Shown: one piece after another, positions 57,788 to 64,000 of the stretch | How positions within the stretch are numbered: the stretch's first letter is position 1 | Layout: each line of letters starts with the position of its first letter | Notes under the pieces: model-generated | The model's database searches: none | What the model was told of the DNA's origin: nothing | What the model saw: only the letters and a program-made list of their open reading frames with translations | Origin: an uncultured Alphaproteobacteria bacterium | Lineage (GTDB): Bacteria; Pseudomonadota; Alphaproteobacteria; Rhizobiales; Xanthobacteraceae | NCBI GenBank assembly: GCA_963827465.1 | Contig: CAWHBC010000030.1 | Span: forward strand, 1,422-65,421 | Reading direction: 5' to 3' | DNA length: 64,000 bases | Program-made: the position numbers and the translations under genes

Positions 57788-59019
57788 ATGCTCCATCAAG
57801 TCTGGCGTCTCAGTGAACCGGGCAACGACAATCTCGGTCTCGCTTGCGATGAGCGGGGTTTGGTCCTGGGCCGCACGCCGCTGATCGAACGGCGGGATGG
57901 GCGCTTTAGGGTGATGCAGGCGAGATCGAATGCTTGTTCGACCGGGCCTACGGCCGCGCGTTACCACTCCAACGCATCATGTCTGGGCTTGCCACGGTGG
58001 CTAACGCGTTGAACGCCGACGATGCGTGCCTGGCGAGCATCGCTGCGGTCCATTTGCAGATTCCCGATCTCCCTAGCCACGCCGCGCGCGACGATATGGA
58101 AGCGGCGGATCTGCTTATAAAATCCGGCGATTGGAATCCTGCGCTACACCCGCGCGCTGGAACGCCGCCCAATCCCGGCTGGTTTGCTCCGACCGGCGGC
58201 GCCGACCAAGAGCTGTCGCCGGTCAGAACGGCGGAGAACCTATCGCCGAATCAAGCTTCGGATGCACCGATCGCCGGCGGCAATCGGGTCAGGCTACCGT
58301 CCGGTCCGAAACGCATCGACGAACTGGCGGATTTCGCGGAGTGGCTTGCTAATGCGACCCCTCAAGACGAAGGCGCGATCCGGGCGGAAATTAAAAGATA
58401 CTATGCCGATGTCGGCTGGCAGGCCGCCGCAGACGATCTCAACAGCAAACTGAGCGTCGTCCTGCGGCCCGGCGTAACTCAGGCCACGCGGCAAAGCATC
58501 CTCAACAGCATCGACCTCTACACCCGCGTCGACCCAGCGGAATACGTCGGCACGCGCGACTTTCTCAATGCCGTAGTCCTAGCAAGCGCAGGGCTCGCGG
58601 CAGGTGGTGCCGCGGCCGACGAACCCTCACCGGTTTGGCAATTGGGCTGGGCTAAACGCGGTCAAATGATCAATGAGAAACTCGGCGAGCCCACTTTCCC
58701 CGCTAATTATCCAATCATTGATAAAATCCCTAACGGCATCGCCACCAGCGTTAAATCGATCGACCTCAATGCGGCGACGTATCAGAACGATATAAGTCTA
58801 GCGAATAGATTGCTCCAATACGTTGAAGACGTAAGGGACTTTGACGGTGCCACCTGGGGAGGCAAGGAGGTGAGGTCCGATCAAATTGCCGGTTGGGCGG
58901 TCCAACTGATCGTTCCCAAGGGCAGCACGACCGCCGCACAACGAGCTATCATCGACCAAGTCCGCGAGATAGCGAAACTCAGTAACAGGCCCGTCGATAT
59001 CATCGTCACAGAATTCTAG
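57788..59019 (+). pseudogene. large hypothetical protein with C-terminal PD-(D/E)xK-like (toxin-type) module, one frame break near 57917-57924
   Basis: GGAGGG Shine-Dalgarno 7 nt before the ATG at 57788. ORF 57773..58012 (MLHQVWRLSEPGNDNLGLACDERGLVLGRTPLIERRDGRFRVMQA) joins ORF 57934..59019 (EIECLFDRAYGRALPLQRIM...) after a 1-nt shift. C-terminal residues read GQMINEKLGE...FPANYPIIDK...GIATSVKSIDL. Lower GC than the flanks. Confidence 0.6.
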
Positions 59020-59028
59020 GAATCCGCA

Positions 59029-59514
59029 ATGTTGTACAAATGCTATTTGAAAAAGCATACGGTTTATCTGCCAACTACGGTGAATCAGGGAATTGCCGTT
59101 TACATGGATGTCGATCCCGTCACGGTGGTCCCGGTCGCGGATACGGATCACTTGCGACGAGCCATGCTCAATACAATCCCCAAAGAAAATCCATTTCGCG
59201 CGCCGACAGTCGAGGACGCGCGCAAGCCGCCGGTCATGTTGAAATATACCGGCGACAAAAGCTGGTCGGCATTCATGCGCGGTGCGTCAGTTTGGTCGAT
59301 CTACGAAAAGGACGGAATCTTCCAGATCGAACCCTATCGCGTGCATTCGAAGGGCTATTGGGAGCCGGATCGCGAGAACTTCATAAAATTTCCATCCGAA
59401 ACGTCGATCAACGTCGTGATTGATCGCATGATCGCGACTTTGCAAAGCGCGGCGAGCGCTTCGGGCAAATCATCGTCGCCGCCGATACGTAAAAAGAGTA
59501 GTTCAGGGCGTTAA
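59029..59514 (+). CDS. 161-aa hypothetical protein, candidate cognate immunity/antidote partner
   Basis: Starts 10 nt after the upstream stop with an AGGAA Shine-Dalgarno. AT-rich codons. No signal peptide or transmembrane segment. Ser/Lys-rich tail. Confidence 0.55.
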   Translation: MLYKCYLKKHTVYLPTTVNQGIAVYMDVDPVTVVPVADTDHLRRAMLNTIPKENPFRAPTVEDARKPPVMLKYTGDKSWSAFMRGASVWSIYEKDGIFQIEPYRVHSKGYWEPDRENFIKFPSETSINVVIDRMIATLQSAASASGKSSSPPIRKKSSSGR

Positions 59515-59529
59515 ATCGTGGTCTGGCCG

Positions 59530-60342
59530 TTAGTCCGCCGGCTTGCCGATCGCCTCGGCGACAGCACGGCGCGCCAGCACGCTGACCAGATGTGCGCGAT
59601 ATTCGGCGCTGCCGTGGATGTCGGAGTTCATGCCGTCCGCAGGGATGGTCAGGCCTTCGAGCGACTTCGGGGCGAAGCGCTTCTTCAGCGCCTCCTCGAA
59701 CGACGGCACGCGGAACACACCATTCGAGCCGGCGCCGGTGACGGCGACGCGGATCTCGCTGCCGCGTTTGGCGACGAACACGCCGACCAGCGCGAAGCGG
59801 GACGCCTGATTGCGGAATTTCTGATAGCCGGCCTTCTTCGGCAGCGGGAAGATCACCTTGGTGATGATCTCAGCCGGCTCGAGCGCCGTGGAGAACATGC
59901 CGGTGAAGAAGTCGTCGGCCTTGATACGCCGCTTGTTGGTGACGATGGTGGCGCCGAGACCGAGGCAGGCGGCCGGATAATCGGCGTTCGGATCGTTATT
60001 GGCGATCGAGCCGCCGATGGTGCCGCGATGGCGCACCGCGGGGTCGCCGATCAGCCCGGCGAGCTTGGCGAGCACCGGCGCGGCCTGCTGCACCACCGTC
60101 GAGGTGTTGACTTCGTTATGCGTGGTCATGGCGCCGATGGTCAGGTTGCGGCCGCTCTGCTCGATGCCGGACAAGCCCTCGATCTTGGTCATGTCGACGA
60201 TCTGCGGCGGCCCGGCGAGCCGTAGCTTCATTGTCGGCAGCAAAGTCTGGCCGCCGGCAAGCAATTTGGCGTCTTCGTTCTTGCCGAGGAGGCCTGCGGC
60301 CTGCCGCACGGTTTGCGGGCGATGGAAGGTGAAAGCGTACAT
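59530..60342 (-). CDS. coxM: FAD-binding medium subunit of a form-II CO dehydrogenase / xanthine dehydrogenase-family enzyme
   Basis: 270 aa. [15 protein letters not shown] and [21 protein letters not shown] Shine-Dalgarno. Confidence 0.9.
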   Translation of the reverse strand: MYAFTFHRPQTVRQAAGLLGKNEDAKLLAGGQTLLPTMKLRLAGPPQIVDMTKIEGLSGIEQSGRNLTIGAMTTHNEVNTSTVVQQAAPVLAKLAGLIGDPAVRHRGTIGGSIANNDPNADYPAACLGLGATIVTNKRRIKADDFFTGMFSTALEPAEIITKVIFPLPKKAGYQKFRNQASRFALVGVFVAKRGSEIRVAVTGAGSNGVFRVPSFEEALKKRFAPKSLEGLTIPADGMNSDIHGSAEYRAHLVSVLARRAVAEAIGKPAD

Positions 60343-60354
60343 CGAAGTCCTCCG

Positions 60355-62721
<2,367 letters not shown>

Positions 62722-62805
62722 GGTCGTTTCCTCCGGCATTGCCGCTCGGCAATGTCCTTGAAACTCAACTGCCCGCCGGCAGTGTTCTTTTTGCGTTTCT
62801 TCTCC

Positions 62806-63321
62806 TTATTCGGCGGCCTTGGTCGTAGCGGCGCTGCCGCGCATGGCCTTGGCCCCGGCGGCGATCGCCTTCACGATATTGTGGTAGCCGGTGCAGCGGC
62901 AGATATTGCCTTCCAGCTCCTCGCGGATGGTGCGATCTTCCAGATCGTTGCCCTTGCGCCGCACCATGTCGACTGCGGTCATGATCATTCCCGGCGTGCA
63001 ATAGCCGCATTGCAAACCGTGGTTCTCGCGGAAGGCCTCCTGCATCGGATGCAGCGGCCCGTCGGCGGGAGCCAATCCTTCAATGGTGAGAACGTTGGCG
63101 CCTTCGAGCTGAAGCGCCAGCACGGTGCAGGATTTGATCGCCTGACCGTTGACGTGGACGACGCAGGCCCCGCACTGCGAGGTGTCGCAGCCAACGTGAG
63201 TACCGGTCAGCCGCAAATTTTCGCGCAGCAATTGCACCAGCAATGTGCGCGGATCGACATTGGCGCTGATGGGTTTGCCGTTCACGGTCATGGAAACCGC
63301 TACCGTGTCGGTTGCCGCCAT
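62806..63321 (-). CDS. coxS: [2Fe-2S] small subunit
   Basis: The ATG at 63321 is preceded by GGAGGAG. Carries [12 protein letters not shown] and [10 protein letters not shown]...CRCTGY. Confidence 0.9.
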   Translation of the reverse strand: MAATDTVAVSMTVNGKPISANVDPRTLLVQLLRENLRLTGTHVGCDTSQCGACVVHVNGQAIKSCTVLALQLEGANVLTIEGLAPADGPLHPMQEAFRENHGLQCGYCTPGMIMTAVDMVRRKGNDLEDRTIREELEGNICRCTGYHNIVKAIAAGAKAMRGSAATTKAAE

Positions 63322-63579
63322 GGGACTCCTCCCCTTCAATATTCCGGTCAAACGTGACGATTCACCGGTTGTTCTGGCCCGCCGGCCAGGTCCCGTTACG
63401 AATTCGAGGCGATTTTTGCCGATTTCGTAGCTTGGAACAAGAATTACTCTGAACCGAGGGCCGCCTTTCGGTCAAGGGAGTTTCGCGATGGCCTCTGGCG
63501 GCGCAAGCCAGCACTACGGCAAGAGCGGCCTTCGAGAGCCGCCGAAACCGCGCGCCGGAAGACCCCCCGCCCGGCCAGG

Positions 63580-64000
63580 TTATGCGGCCTTCGGATTAAC
63601 GGCGGCGGCGAAGTTGCCGAAGAAATCGTCGGCGACTTTCTTGGCGGCGCCGTTGACCAGCCGCTGGCCGAGCTGCGCCAATTTTCCGCCGATTTGCGCA
63701 TCGACGTCGTAACTCAAGAGCGTGCCGCCATCCTTGGGCGTCAGCTTGACCGTGGCGCCGCCCTTGGCGAAGCCGGCCACGCCGCCGTCGCCCTGCCCCG
63801 AGATCTTGTAGCCGTGCGGCGGATCGAGATCGGACAAGGTGACTTTACCTTTGAACTTGGCCTTCACCGGGCCGATTTTGACGGTCGCCACGGCCTGCAT
63901 TTCGGTGTCGGAAAGTTTGTCGAGCTGCTCGCAGCCGGGAATGCAGGCCTTCAGCGTCGCCGGATCGTTGAGCTTCTCCCAGACCGTTTCCGGCGTGGCC
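63580..64000 (-). CDS. coxG: CoxG-like SRPBCC protein (5' end beyond the right edge)
   Basis: The reading frame continues upstream of the listed ORF: ...PETVWEKLNDPATLKACIPGCEQLDKLSDTEMQAVATVKIGPVKAKFKGKVTLSDLDPPHGYKISGQG... Confidence 0.8.
   Translation of the reverse strand, partial: ATPETVWEKLNDPATLKACIPGCEQLDKLSDTEMQAVATVKIGPVKAKFKGKVTLSDLDPPHGYKISGQGDGGVAGFAKGGATVKLTPKDGGTLLSYDVDAQIGGKLAQLGQRLVNGAAKKVADDFFGNFAAAVNPKAA

Overview
High-GC chromosomal segment from an alphaproteobacterium. The Bradyrhizobiaceae-like assignment is an inference from the palindromic intergenic REP elements, the CIRCE-controlled groESL operon and a form-II cox cluster. I support about 65 protein genes, one tRNA-Leu(TAA), several repeats and a few regulatory sites.

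Main content, left to right:
- A PilZ gene fragment, then a ParA-like ATPase coupled to a DUF697 membrane protein.
- ohr, gpt, and a four-gene Anbu (proteasome-like) operon: ATP-grasp, alpha-E, transglutaminase, Anbu.
- Dense second-messenger signalling: three class III cyclases and a GGDEF-EAL protein.
- A PAS hybrid histidine kinase, an HWE kinase next to tiny stress-type peptides, nupC and groESL.
- A 1104-aa Zn-ribbon/cyclase/STAND/TPR protein, Rrf2 plus an MFS pump, DUF72 and hdeD.
- A patatin/DUF3376 protein, an orphan bcsS, a TetR-HlyD-ABC-2 efflux operon and dctA.
- A form-II coxGSLM cluster with accessory genes (coxD/MoxR, coxE/VWA, XdhC pair, MoCF-binding/MocA fusion).

The strongest candidate for something new is a lower-GC two-gene cassette at about 57.7-59.5 kb, wedged between coxD and coxM. 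It pairs a large protein ending in a PD-(D/E)xK-like module with a small, tightly coupled downstream gene, which is a toxin/immunity-like layout with no secretion apparatus nearby.

A second major observation is about 18 single-base frame disruptions affecting 14 genes, some tightly clustered. These may be homopolymer sequencing errors or real decay, and I cannot tell which.

All family names come from motif recognition by eye. No searches were run, and frameshift coordinates are approximate to a few nucleotides.
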